Shown piece by piece: positions 47,524 to 56,733 of a DNA stretch of 64,000 nucleotides. The position numbers and the translations under genes were made by a program. This DNA comes from a virus (lineage: Duplodnaviria > Caudoviricetes), in IMG/VR virus record IMGVR_UViG_3300038345_000118, positions 1-64,000 of that record, one strand, 5' to 3'. The notes below the pieces were generated by a model, which did not search any database, was not told where the DNA came from, and worked only from the letters and a program-made list of their open reading frames with translations. Every line of letters begins with the position of its first letter. Within the stretch, counting starts at the first letter, position 1.

Positions 47524-48363
47524 TTATTTCCTCATGTCTTTGCCTTTAAATTCAATGGCGCGGACGATGGAGCGCAGGCGGCTAATGACCTCGTTGCCGT
47601 AGCGTTCCTGTATAGATAGCGGGTAACGCGGGTCATTGACGGGTGTGGTGGAGAGATTAGTGGTGATGATGAGCAGGTTTCCGTTCTGTTCCGCAGCGTC
47701 GCACAACTGGTAGAACGAGTCGTCTGGATTTCCGTAGTACTTTGCAGGTTCGCGTCCGAGACCGTCGATGATGACGATGCGCTCTTTCAGCAGGTCGTTG
47801 ACCTTTGCTCTCATCTCAGTGGCCTTAACCGCAGGCACTTTTCGTCCGAGAATAACCGGCAGTATCTTCTCGCAGATAACTGTCTTTCCAAGTCCGCTAA
47901 TGCCAACGCAGAGCAGCCCCCTACCCCGGTTGTCGGTCAGCCATTCTGCCACCTCGTCGTAAGCTGGAATCCACTGTACTTTGTCGCCCAGGAAATGTTG
48001 AAGTCCTTTCTTCAACCGCTCATGCGCGTTTGGTATAATTATATGCGGCCGTTGCAGATATGGGCCAGACGTTTCGTTTTGCAGAAAGTCAACGGGTGCT
48101 GACGCTTTGCTCTCCGCAATGCGATAGTTGAGTCTGACACCGGGTTTGAAACTGGAGTCAAGAGCCCATTTCATCATGGGCACGTGAATCTCCTCGATGT
48201 ATTCAAAGACATAGCGGCTGGGCAGGCACAACACTACCGCGTTCTGCTCTTCGTCGTAGCGCTCGCAAATGATATCCTTGAACCATACATCAAAGACGTG
48301 CTGGCTCACCTTCAGCCGGATGAGTTGCTGGCATTGGTTCCAGAGTTGCTGCATATTTTCCAT
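47524..48363 (-). CDS. DnaA N-terminal-domain / DnaC-IstB-like ATPase fusion
   Basis: LWNQCQQLIRLKVSQHVFDVWFKDI...LPSRYVFEYIEE resembles DnaA domain I; VGISGLGKT Walker A, IIIDGLGRE and IITTNL motifs. Confidence 0.75.
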   Translation of the reverse strand: MENMQQLWNQCQQLIRLKVSQHVFDVWFKDIICERYDEEQNAVVLCLPSRYVFEYIEEIHVPMMKWALDSSFKPGVRLNYRIAESKASAPVDFLQNETSGPYLQRPHIIIPNAHERLKKGLQHFLGDKVQWIPAYDEVAEWLTDNRGRGLLCVGISGLGKTVICEKILPVILGRKVPAVKATEMRAKVNDLLKERIVIIDGLGREPAKYYGNPDDSFYQLCDAAEQNGNLLIITTNLSTTPVNDPRYPLSIQERYGNEVISRLRSIVRAIEFKGKDMRK

Positions 48364-48368
48364 GATGA

Positions 48369-49394
48369 CTATTTCTTATCGTTTCCAAAGAGTTCCATTC
48401 CGCTGTCTGTCGGCTGCTGCACTACGGGTTCAGGCTCTACGGATAGCGTTTTATAAGTTGTCTTGTTTTGCCGGTTCCGTTGTTCTATTGCCTTCTGAGT
48501 TTCAAGAAGGCCCTGCTTGATGTTACGCCCAAGATCGGTGAGGTGTATATGAAAGGCTATAGACTCCGGCGTGCCGCGTTTCTTTCCCGGCGGGTATATA
48601 AACTCGTATTCGAATGTACAGTCGATGCGGTCGGCGGCTTCGAGGATTTCCCGTCGAGCCGGTTCCAGCACACGCTTCTTGAAGTCGTTGATGTCACGGT
48701 ATTTGTCAACGGTAGCCTTCTTAGTCTCCTTGTCGTAAGTCGTCAGGAGTATCTTCCGTAATTTCTCGTAGCTGATGACCCATGTGCCGAGTTGCTTGTT
48801 AGCGTTGATGAGCAGGTAAATACGTCCGGCATAGTTGCTGGAGAAGAGGAAGATAGCATCTTTCAGGTAGCGATGGTAAGGCGTAATGCGGAATAGGTCC
48901 TTGGCCGTCGTCTCCGTCATGTGCAAATAGATATTCTGGCGACGCTTTCCCGGCACGTCCTTGTCTATATCGACGACTGGAAACGCCACGGTGTATCTCA
49001 TTTTCCCCTCCACCTCCTTTTCATAGACGATGGACTGCATGGACTTAGCCGCCGTATCCACGTCGTTGTAGTGCTGCGGTTCTATGCCAAGCTCAGAATA
49101 AGCCACCTTGAAGGTAAGATAGCGTGAGCGGTCATCGGGCGAGATAGGCTTGTAGTCTTCGCTGTCAAAAAGGTCTCCGATAAGTCCCTCCTTTGACTTT
49201 CTTTCGAGCGCCTTCTTGATTTTACCCTGCAGCTTCTCCATGATGGTAGTCTGGATGCGTGTCTGCATCATCGACATTTCACCGTTTAGATAAGTGAATG
49301 TGATGGGCTGCGTGATCATCTTTCGCTGTTCAGCGGGAACGCTGCTGATAATTTCCTGCTTCAGCTGTTCAGCCTTACGTGACTTTCTTGCCAT
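48369..49394 (-). CDS. Plasmid replication initiator (Rep_3 / RepA-like), probable start MARKS at 49394
   Basis: FSSNYAGRIYLLI...ISYEKLRKIL...YRDINDFKKRVLEPARREI is Rep_3-like; adjacent to an iteron array. Confidence 0.8.
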   Translation of the reverse strand: MARKSRKAEQLKQEIISSVPAEQRKMITQPITFTYLNGEMSMMQTRIQTTIMEKLQGKIKKALERKSKEGLIGDLFDSEDYKPISPDDRSRYLTFKVAYSELGIEPQHYNDVDTAAKSMQSIVYEKEVEGKMRYTVAFPVVDIDKDVPGKRRQNIYLHMTETTAKDLFRITPYHRYLKDAIFLFSSNYAGRIYLLINANKQLGTWVISYEKLRKILLTTYDKETKKATVDKYRDINDFKKRVLEPARREILEAADRIDCTFEYEFIYPPGKKRGTPESIAFHIHLTDLGRNIKQGLLETQKAIEQRNRQNKTTYKTLSVEPEPVVQQPTDSGMELFGNDKK

Positions 49395-49560
49395 AATGTG
49401 TATCTTTAAAATATTACCATTGACATGGGACCGTTGTAGCCAAATCCCTGCATTCGGTGGCAAAGTTACAAATTTGTCCGAGAAGTTCCAAGCGTTTTCC
49501 CCTTTATTTTCTGATGTTTAGAAAACCTTTAACTTTTGTTAGTATTTTAAAAATCGGTAA

Positions 49561-49788
49561 AAGTTACGGAAATGTCCGAGTTTGACGGCGTGCGGCGGTT
49601 AAGAAAGTTACGGAAATGTCCGAGAACAGTTCCGCTTTTGTCTGAAAAATAATAAAACATGTTCCGTTTTTGTCCGGAATCATTTCCGAAACCGTCTGAA
49701 AAGAGTTACGGTTTTGTCGGAAACATCTTCCGTAACTGTCTGAAAACACTTCCGTTTTTGTCCGCAACAAGTTCCGTTTTTGTCCGTG
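49561..49788 (+). repeat. Iteron array of the plasmid origin (9 copies of a 20-bp unit, mostly 22-bp period)
   Basis: Units at 49561, 49605, 49627, 49659, 49681, 49703, 49725, 49747 and 49769; consensus NNGTT(A/C)CGNNNNTGTC(C/T)GNN; further copies at 49463 and inverted near 49989-50028; AT-rich tract follows. Confidence 0.85.
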
Positions 49789-50127
49789 AATATTTTGTAT
49801 CTTGCTATTAATAAGCAAGTTAGGCGTACCTAATATATACTATTCTTTATTATACTAATATGCAGATCATTCAAATAACCCGTTTTTATATTTCCTTTTT
49901 TATTCTTTAGAATTATGCAGAAAGTACTCTCTGACAGTAAGTTACTGATAATCAGCACGGTTTTTCAATAACACATAAAATGTATTTTCGGACAAAAACG
50001 TAACTTTAAAATTCGGACAGATTTGTAACTCGCGGGTAATATATGCGCACGTCATGCATGCGTATTAATTATGTAAATACTAAAAAAGCCCACCAGTAAA
50101 AGGTGGGCTTGAAAGTGTGGATGCTGG

Positions 50128-50544
50128 TCAATAGACTCTGGTGAATGTTACTTCGTAACTTAATGGTTTAGTTTTGTTTTTGATGATGAGCTTGTCGCCC
50201 GAAATTCTATATTCCCAGGAGAATGGGCCTTCTTCCAAATCATCATAGTCGCTTTGTATAATCACATATTCACCAATTATCTTTCCGTTTTTTGCTTCGT
50301 ATTTAAATTCTGCCCAGATACCTAAGTTGCATTCGTAATAGCCCGTTCCGGTTTTAAGGAAGGTCAATTTCTCCACCATTTTGTTTTCTGTATCTTCGTA
50401 CCTCCAGGTGCCAACAATGCTGTTAGCTGGTTCCTCTTTGTCATCGTCGTTGCTACCGCTGCAGGCATTGAAGCAGATGGATGTGAGGAAAGCAAGTGCC
50501 AGGACTGCCAGGCGGCTTGCAAAAGTGAATGTCTTTGATTTCAT
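50128..50544 (-). CDS. Lipocalin-like lipoprotein
   Basis: Signal peptide with FNAC lipobox; SIVGTWRY motif; lower-GC appearance. Confidence 0.75.
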   Translation of the reverse strand: MKSKTFTFASRLAVLALAFLTSICFNACSGSNDDDKEEPANSIVGTWRYEDTENKMVEKLTFLKTGTGYYECNLGIWAEFKYEAKNGKIIGEYVIIQSDYDDLEEGPFSWEYRISGDKLIIKNKTKPLSYEVTFTRVY

Positions 50545-50553
50545 GTTTTTGCT

Positions 50554-50617
50554 CTATTGAATTATTGTAATATTGTATTATTGTTATTGTGCAATATTGC
50601 ATTATCACATTATTGCG
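50554..50617. repeat. parS-like array 3 (about eight 8-bp units)
   Basis: CTATTGAA TTATTGTA ATATTGTA TTATTGTT ... ATATTGCA. Confidence 0.7.
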
Positions 50618-50981
50618 CTACAGTCTTACGGCCTTTCCATCCGTATTCATTAGGAAGAGACAGGGCTTCGTTACGTTGTTCGGTTGTAATTACCCCCTGT
50701 TGTTCGAGTCCAATAAGGATGGTCTCGAAGAAGAACCGCTTTGCGGTTAGATCTTTGTCCTCTGCAAATCTCGTGGCAAGTCGGTGGATGGACTTTGGGA
50801 GGAAGCATAGTGCCCCGACGGGTTTTTCGGCTGCGAGTCCGGTAGGTTCTTCGACTTCGGATGAAGAGTTGCTATCCCCCACCCTGCTTTCAATGGCACG
50901 TTTGCGGCGCAGGATTTCTTCTGGTGTCTCGTTAAGGATCTGCGCCGGCTTTTCTGATTTCTTTTTGCTTAGTGCTGACAT
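50610..50981 (-). CDS. Small partition partner protein (type Ib ParG/omega-like centromere binder)
   Basis: Directly downstream of parA; disordered N-terminus plus LCFLPKSIHRLATRFAED ribbon-helix-helix-like C-terminus; flanked by repeat arrays. Confidence 0.6.
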   Translation of the reverse strand: MSALSKKKSEKPAQILNETPEEILRRKRAIESRVGDSNSSSEVEEPTGLAAEKPVGALCFLPKSIHRLATRFAEDKDLTAKRFFFETILIGLEQQGVITTEQRNEALSLPNEYGWKGRKTVAQ

Positions 50982-50993
50982 AGTTGTATGGTT

Positions 50994-51153
50994 TTATTGA
51001 ATTATTGTTATATTGCTATATTGCTTTATCGAATTATTGCAATAACGTTATATTGTAATATTGTTGTATCGTGATATCGTTATAACGTAATAATGTAATA
51101 TCGAAATATTGTAATATAGTTATACTGCAATATTGTATTATTGCAATAATGTT
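50994..51153. repeat. parS-like array 2: twenty contiguous 8-bp units (consensus WTATTGYW)
   Basis: Unbroken 8-bp register from 50994 to 51153 between parA and its partner gene. Confidence 0.85.
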
Positions 51154-52052
51154 TTAGTGCGCTTAATGATTTCATTGGCGAGAAGTGTGAACTCTTCGCG
51201 TGGTATGTCGGCGCGTGGGGTGGAGTAGACGCTTGTGAACTCGCGCTGGCTTTTGCTGACGGCTTCGCGTTCTGAGATGCTGACAGGCAGTATTTCCTTG
51301 CCGTAACGTGATTTGAGTTGTTCTTCTGCCTCGCGCTGTCCTTTGATATATGCCTTACGCCGGGTTATCAGGAATCCGAGGTTAGTCAGTTCATCGTTTT
51401 CACTCTCGCGTATTTCCTGGATGTATGCCAGGTAGTTCTGCAGTCCGTTGAGTGCGAATCCTTCGAGGTTGATGGGAATCAGCACGGCATTGACGGCGAT
51501 CAGGATGTTGTCGATAAGGACTTGCGGTCCGACGGGCGAGTCAATCAGGATGAAGTCGAAATCCGTCATCCAGTCGGTGATGCCTTCGCCGGTATGATCA
51601 TCCGGTGCTTTCTGCAAGGCCCGGGTTAGTTTCATGGCCGGGTTGCGCATGGTGGGAAGCTGCTGGTCCACCTTGTTCATAATCGAGGTGGACGGGCAGT
51701 AGTAGAGTCCCGACTCGCTCCGGTAGACGGGGATGGGTGCATCCTCACACAGTACGTGGTAGATGGTGGGGTAGTGCTGCAGTTCGAGGTCTGGGTTCCA
51801 GTCGGTACAGCTGGAGAGGTTAGCTTGCCGGTCCATGTCGATGACCATGACGCGGTAGCCTTGCAAGTGCAGGGCCATTGCCAGATTGAGTGTGGTCGTG
51901 GTTTTACCCACGCCACCTTTGTAGTTGCCGATGCCGATGACGGCACGCAGCTGTGTCTTGCGTTTTTTTACCATAATGTTGTAGCTTTTATTTGAAATTG
52001 TATTTGCTCCTATATCAGGATGTTGTAGCGAATCCTTGGAGGAACGGTGCAA
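51138..52052 (-). CDS. parA: ParA-family partition ATPase (likely start MVKKR near 51974)
   Basis: Deviant Walker A NYKGGVGKTTT, VMVIDMDRQANL, FDFILIDSP, VLIPI. Confidence 0.93.
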   Translation of the reverse strand: MHRSSKDSLQHPDIGANTISNKSYNIMVKKRKTQLRAVIGIGNYKGGVGKTTTTLNLAMALHLQGYRVMVIDMDRQANLSSCTDWNPDLELQHYPTIYHVLCEDAPIPVYRSESGLYYCPSTSIMNKVDQQLPTMRNPAMKLTRALQKAPDDHTGEGITDWMTDFDFILIDSPVGPQVLIDNILIAVNAVLIPINLEGFALNGLQNYLAYIQEIRESENDELTNLGFLITRRKAYIKGQREAEEQLKSRYGKEILPVSISEREAVSKSQREFTSVYSTPRADIPREEFTLLANEIIKRTKTLLQ

Positions 52053-52137
52053 AGATAGGTAAAAGTTTTCAAACTATTGCAATATTGCAGTATAAAAAAT
52101 GTGAATTATTGCAATATTGCAGTAAAATCGTATTGCG
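52051..52137 (-). promoter_or_regulatory. parA promoter overlapped by parS-like array 1
   Basis: TATCTTTG at 52051-52058 (minus); CTATTGCA/ATATTGCA/TTATTGCA units in 8-bp register at 52074-52137. Confidence 0.65.
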
Positions 52138-52262
52138 AATGGTCTTATCGGGGAGTACCCTGCATGAAAGTTTGCCCTTGATTCGGTGTTCAACATTCAT
52201 TATCTTGCGGTAAAGAAAACAACAAAGATGGGCTGCAACACAGTTGCTGCTTACGTAAAACT

Positions 52263-53114
52263 ATGACAGGGGAATTGCAGGAGAAAGTGAACCGTTCTGT
52301 CCGGCTGATACAGGCGGCCGGTGCTGACGGAAGCGTCGTTGAGGTATCATACTCAGGCGGGAAGGACTCTGACGTTATCTTGGAACTGACACGCATGGCC
52401 GGAATCAAATTCCGTGCTATCTACAAGAATACGTCAATAGATCCTCCGGGAACCATCAGGCATGCCCTGGAACAAGGGGCTGAGGTAATGAGACCCGAAA
52501 AGACTTTCTTTCAGTTGTTAGAGGAAAACGGCATGCCTAACCGTTGGCAGCGCCACTGTTGCCGATATCTGAAAGAGTACAAGGTGCTTGAACGCAACAT
52601 ACAGGGAATCCGGAAGTGTGAGAGTACTAAAAGGGAGCAAGGCTACAACGAACCGACGGAGTGTCGCGTCTACGGAAAGGGTCGCAAGAAGCAGACTGCC
52701 GAGGCATTCTATCCCATTCTTGACTGGACGGATGATGATGTCGTTGAATTTATCACGGAGCGCGGCATCAAGGTGCATCCGCTCTATTACCGTGAGGACG
52801 GCACCATCGACGCAAGTAGAAGGCTGGGGTGTATGTGTTGTCCGCTTGCCTACTACAAGAAGCGTATTGACTATTTCAAGCGATATCCCGGCATGGTGCG
52901 TGCCTATTGCCGTTCGGCACAGAAATACCGGGACGCACACCCCGACGTAGAGACCGTGAAGAAATACGGCGATGTCTATGAATGGTTTACCCGTGAAGTG
53001 TTCTTTGAGAAGCAAAACGAATGGGAAAACCATAAGACGGTAACGCAATTTACCCCCCCCCATTACAAACAGTTTCTTGAACGGTTTTTCGGCATTGAGC
53101 TGACTTTTAAATAA
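52263..53114 (+). CDS. Phosphoadenosine phosphosulfate (PAPS) reductase-family protein
   Basis: PP-motif SYSGGKDS, CCRYLKE, GIRKCES, YPILDWT, RLGCMCCP. Confidence 0.88.
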   Translation: MTGELQEKVNRSVRLIQAAGADGSVVEVSYSGGKDSDVILELTRMAGIKFRAIYKNTSIDPPGTIRHALEQGAEVMRPEKTFFQLLEENGMPNRWQRHCCRYLKEYKVLERNIQGIRKCESTKREQGYNEPTECRVYGKGRKKQTAEAFYPILDWTDDDVVEFITERGIKVHPLYYREDGTIDASRRLGCMCCPLAYYKKRIDYFKRYPGMVRAYCRSAQKYRDAHPDVETVKKYGDVYEWFTREVFFEKQNEWENHKTVTQFTPPHYKQFLERFFGIELTFK

Positions 53115-53167
53115 TTATTAAATAACGGCTGCGGCGAAACCGCAGCTTACGAGAAAAATTAAGAATT

Positions 53168-53554
53168 ATGGAAAACGAACAGAGAAAGAATTACAGCATT
53201 AAGATTGACTGCCTGAAACTGAAGGGTGCTTTTATGAAGAACCTGACGGGGAAGACGGCCACCAAGCGATGTCTGATTATCCCGGTGGACGACAACGAGT
53301 GTATGTACCTTGGCGAGAAGGGCTGCTATCTGAACATCGTCGGTTACGAGTTGCAGAACTCACAGTACGGCGACACCCACCTGCTGAAAGGAGATTTGCC
53401 GAAAGAAGTGCGTGAGCGCATGACCGAAGAGGAGCGTAACGCCATACCCATTCTCGGGAACATGCGGCCCATCAAACCGCAGCAGATGCAGGTGACGGGC
53501 AGTGTGTCGATGGATGCACCGGACGGACAACAGCAGGATGATCTTCCATTCTGA
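53168..53554 (+). CDS. Probable single-stranded DNA-binding protein
   Basis: Beta-rich small protein ending QQQDDLPF, the SSB C-terminal tip motif. Confidence 0.55.
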   Translation: MENEQRKNYSIKIDCLKLKGAFMKNLTGKTATKRCLIIPVDDNECMYLGEKGCYLNIVGYELQNSQYGDTHLLKGDLPKEVRERMTEEERNAIPILGNMRPIKPQQMQVTGSVSMDAPDGQQQDDLPF

Positions 53555-53651
53555 CAATGGCTGCCCTTGATTTTGCGATACAGGAAAGGTACATTGCTGG
53601 TGAATAGATTAAAAACATCTGCTATGACATAGCAGCATACAAGACAGAATT

Positions 53652-54839
53652 ATGGTACGGAAAATACAGAGTGACGAATATCTGAAACGTTACGATAAAA
53701 TGACCTTGGCAGAACGCCAGGCATACAAGGACAGGGTAGGGCAGTGGCTGCGCTCTGGGGGACGATTGCTGTCCGTTAGGGCTGCCGACTTTGACGCCCG
53801 CCTGCAAAACGTACTGATGGTCAGCATCAGTTGGAATGACGCAGAGTGCCAGGCATTCGAGGCGGGAGCACATCTTTTGAGTGCGCTGGTGAACAGTGCA
53901 GACACATGGCTTCCCGATTTGCTATATATTAAGGCAGCAAAGAGGGCTATCAACAATATGATAAGAGCACTCTCTTCCATCTCCTTCATTGACACGAAGG
54001 GAGCAGGTGCGCCTGTGAATCAGAAACCGAAGGAGGAGCCTTCGGGAAAAACCCGAAAAGAAGCGGAGGCCGTCGGAGGAGGTTATATACCCACCGGAAA
54101 ACCGGCGGGCACGGTGGCTGACACGAAAGCGGGCACGGTAGCTGACACGAAAGCGGGCACGGTGGCTGTAACGTCGGCGGGCAAGAAGCCTGTAGAAAAA
54201 CCAACGGTCACGGTGACTGCCGTGCCGCCACGGCCTAAGCATATCGACCAGTATGTGCATCTTCTTCCGGTGAAGACACAGGAGCGTGCGGCGAAGGTGA
54301 AAGACCTGTTGCGCGAACTTGATTATGCCAGAGAGAAGGCACGGCTGCTGATGGATTCCCCACAGGCCAGTCCTGACGATCGTGCGGCCTGGGCCAAGAA
54401 GGCTACTTCCTGCGACAATGCCGTGAGAAGCATCTACAAGGAACTGGATGCAGAGTGGGATAAGCTGGTGAAGAGCGGCCGTATAGAGGTTGATGTGTTT
54501 GGCAATGCGAGAGTGGTTGCCGACGGAGAACCGTCGGGCACGGTGGCGGAGCAGGAGAAGCCGGAGCTGACCTCTGAGCAGAAGCACCGGAGGCGGGAGC
54601 TACGGAAGTGGCTTATTGACACACGGCGCGGTTCGGAGGGTAAGGCCCGTGAAAAGCGCATCGAGCAGTGGAAGGTGAACATCCGTGAGTACCTGACGCT
54701 GGAGCCTCTCGAAACGGCATTGAAGGATGAGAAGCTCGTTGTGGCTGCAGAACATTTCGGAGTTGATATTAAGGCTGCGGCAGAATCGCAGCATACTAAA
54801 AAAGCGACATCCGAGAGGAAACCAACCAAACAACAATAA
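53652..54839 (+). CDS. Hypothetical phage protein with AGTVADTK tandem repeats
   Basis: 395-aa ORF; 24-bp tandem unit near 54106-54170. Confidence 0.7.
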   Translation: MVRKIQSDEYLKRYDKMTLAERQAYKDRVGQWLRSGGRLLSVRAADFDARLQNVLMVSISWNDAECQAFEAGAHLLSALVNSADTWLPDLLYIKAAKRAINNMIRALSSISFIDTKGAGAPVNQKPKEEPSGKTRKEAEAVGGGYIPTGKPAGTVADTKAGTVADTKAGTVAVTSAGKKPVEKPTVTVTAVPPRPKHIDQYVHLLPVKTQERAAKVKDLLRELDYAREKARLLMDSPQASPDDRAAWAKKATSCDNAVRSIYKELDAEWDKLVKSGRIEVDVFGNARVVADGEPSGTVAEQEKPELTSEQKHRRRELRKWLIDTRRGSEGKAREKRIEQWKVNIREYLTLEPLETALKDEKLVVAAEHFGVDIKAAAESQHTKKATSERKPTKQQ

Positions 54840-54857
54840 ACCAACACAAAAACGACT

Positions 54858-55403
54858 ATGACTTTTCATTCGATAGTGAGGCAGTGGTGCCAGACGTACA
54901 AGCCGATGCTGGATAACCCGGAGAATGGGAACCGGCGGTTTTACCTGACGGACTCTACCGCTGGTGTGGTGGAGATGGCGAAGGGTATCAGTAATAAGTT
55001 TTCTCCATTCGTGATGATGGAGAGCAACGTGGAGGGCGGAGGTCCGATAGCGAGGCCCTCCAGGAACTACCCTATATACTTTTTCGTCAGGGCTCGTGAC
55101 ATGGCCGACGGCGATGCCGCTGCCGAGGCGAAGGAAGAGGCGTGGTACCACGCACAGCAATACCTGACGTGGATCAAGGACAAGCACGACAGGGAAATTG
55201 CCGAGAATATCGACGGCGACTATGCGCGTATAGACCTGGACAACGCCCTGCTTGACATTACAACCGTAGGTCCTCTGGAGAACGGATGGTACGGAGTGCT
55301 CATACAGTTTGAGCGCGAGGAGCCGCTGAATTTGTGCGTGGATGAGGAGATGTATATAGCCCCACCCCTGCCCCTCCCCGAAGAAGAGGGGAGTAGTTTC
55401 TAA
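54858..55403 (+). CDS. Hypothetical phage protein, possibly head-tail/tail-completion type
   Basis: 181-aa acidic ORF in the virion block; function is inference only. Confidence 0.55.
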   Translation: MTFHSIVRQWCQTYKPMLDNPENGNRRFYLTDSTAGVVEMAKGISNKFSPFVMMESNVEGGGPIARPSRNYPIYFFVRARDMADGDAAAEAKEEAWYHAQQYLTWIKDKHDREIAENIDGDYARIDLDNALLDITTVGPLENGWYGVLIQFEREEPLNLCVDEEMYIAPPLPLPEEEGSSF

Positions 55404-55421
55404 CAAAACAAAACGCAGACG

Positions 55422-55775
55422 ATGGGAAAAGGGAGAGATGAAGGGAACGAGATTCACGTTACCGACATTAATGCGCTGAAGGACAACACGCAGGCTGCGG
55501 TGGAAGGATTCGCCGAACGGTGGATTTCCATGCCGTCGTTCACTGAAGATTGTGAGGTGATGGATGTAAGGCAGTTGCGTGATGCGATGGGAATACGGGC
55601 GACGATTGAAGCCGGAGACCCGTGGCCCGCTGCCGAGAAATTGTTGTTGAACCTTGGATTCCGCTGGCATTGGTTAGGCAATTCACGGGTGATGTTCCTA
55701 CGGGAACGCGACGATTACACGGGTACGAGTGCCGGCGGTGGTGACGGATGGGATGACGGAGAGGAGGTAGATTAG
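55422..55775 (+). CDS. Hypothetical protein
   Basis: Packed ORF. Confidence 0.55.
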   Translation: MGKGRDEGNEIHVTDINALKDNTQAAVEGFAERWISMPSFTEDCEVMDVRQLRDAMGIRATIEAGDPWPAAEKLLLNLGFRWHWLGNSRVMFLRERDDYTGTSAGGGDGWDDGEEVD

Positions 55776-55863
55776 AGTGAAGAGTGAAGAGTGAAGAATT
55801 GGGCTGCGACCGAGTCGCAGCATACAATTAAGCATTGTAAGATATAAACTTTTTAAATAACAA

Positions 55864-56532
55864 ATGACAATGAAAAAGAATTTTTTTGAACAACTGTTGG
55901 GCGTGCTGCTGTTGGTAGCGACAGCCCTGATGATTAACAGCTGCAAGGGTTGTAAACAAAGTGAAGAGCAAAAAGTGAAGAGTGAAGAAGCTGCTACCGC
56001 AGCTGTTTACCACGACTATGACGGGGTAGTGCAGGACTTCACAACAGGCGTGAGCCAGATTCAGGCTTTGCACCGTCAGACCGTTTTCCATCTTGCCGGA
56101 GGCGTTAACTACGAGTGGCGCAACTCGCGTGTCATCCTGAACGACACCATTACGGCAGAGAATATCGACAACCTGCATGTGACGGACGTCAACGACGTGT
56201 TCTGCTACTGGAATGAGCGCGGTCCGTGGGTGCAGTATGTCAACTCCAATATTAAGAATGGTCTGCAGATTCCCTGGCCTATTAATGACGTATGGATTGA
56301 GGACAGAGACCTGAGTAACCTGCCGATTGAACTGAGTGCCGAGGATGCGCTGCTACGTCTGAAGGAATGGAACGGTGTTATCCCCTCTGCGAATTTCCTT
56401 ACGCTGCGACTGCCTGTCGGTCCGAAGGATTGTAATGCGCAATGGGTTATCGGCAATGTCTATAATACGATATTCATTGACGCGGTGACAGGAGATATAA
56501 CGGATAGCAACCCTGCGTTCCCGCGAAAGTAA
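55864..56532 (+). CDS. Lipoprotein with C-terminal PepSY-like motif
   Basis: Signal peptide ending INSC; IFIDAVTGDI. Confidence 0.7.
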   Translation: MTMKKNFFEQLLGVLLLVATALMINSCKGCKQSEEQKVKSEEAATAAVYHDYDGVVQDFTTGVSQIQALHRQTVFHLAGGVNYEWRNSRVILNDTITAENIDNLHVTDVNDVFCYWNERGPWVQYVNSNIKNGLQIPWPINDVWIEDRDLSNLPIELSAEDALLRLKEWNGVIPSANFLTLRLPVGPKDCNAQWVIGNVYNTIFIDAVTGDITDSNPAFPRK

Positions 56533-56733
56533 CGGGGATGGGCTTCGTAGGCCCGAAGGGTCTATATCCCATCCCCAGAAACGGCGCGACGGTCTCTAAA
56601 ACCGTGACGGCCATATTTTAGTAATCATCATCAGCCATGCCGCCTTGCTTTCCTCGGTGTGGCTGCTGATAGAGCTGCAACACAGTTGCAGCATACGGAA
56701 AAGGGATAGACAAAAAAAACGCGATAATGAATT

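Noticed and set aside
47524-48363. Host dnaA / chromosomal origin
   Set aside because: Only 279 aa, lacks domain IV, and there is no dnaN or chromosomal gene context
49564-49818. 84-aa ORF over the iteron array and 50557-51000 ORF antisense to the partition gene
   Set aside because: By-products of repeats and antisense frames
49561-51153. Regularly spaced repeats as a possible CRISPR array
   Set aside because: Units are degenerate and nearly contiguous with no unique 30-40-nt spacers; no cas genes; context fits iterons and parS
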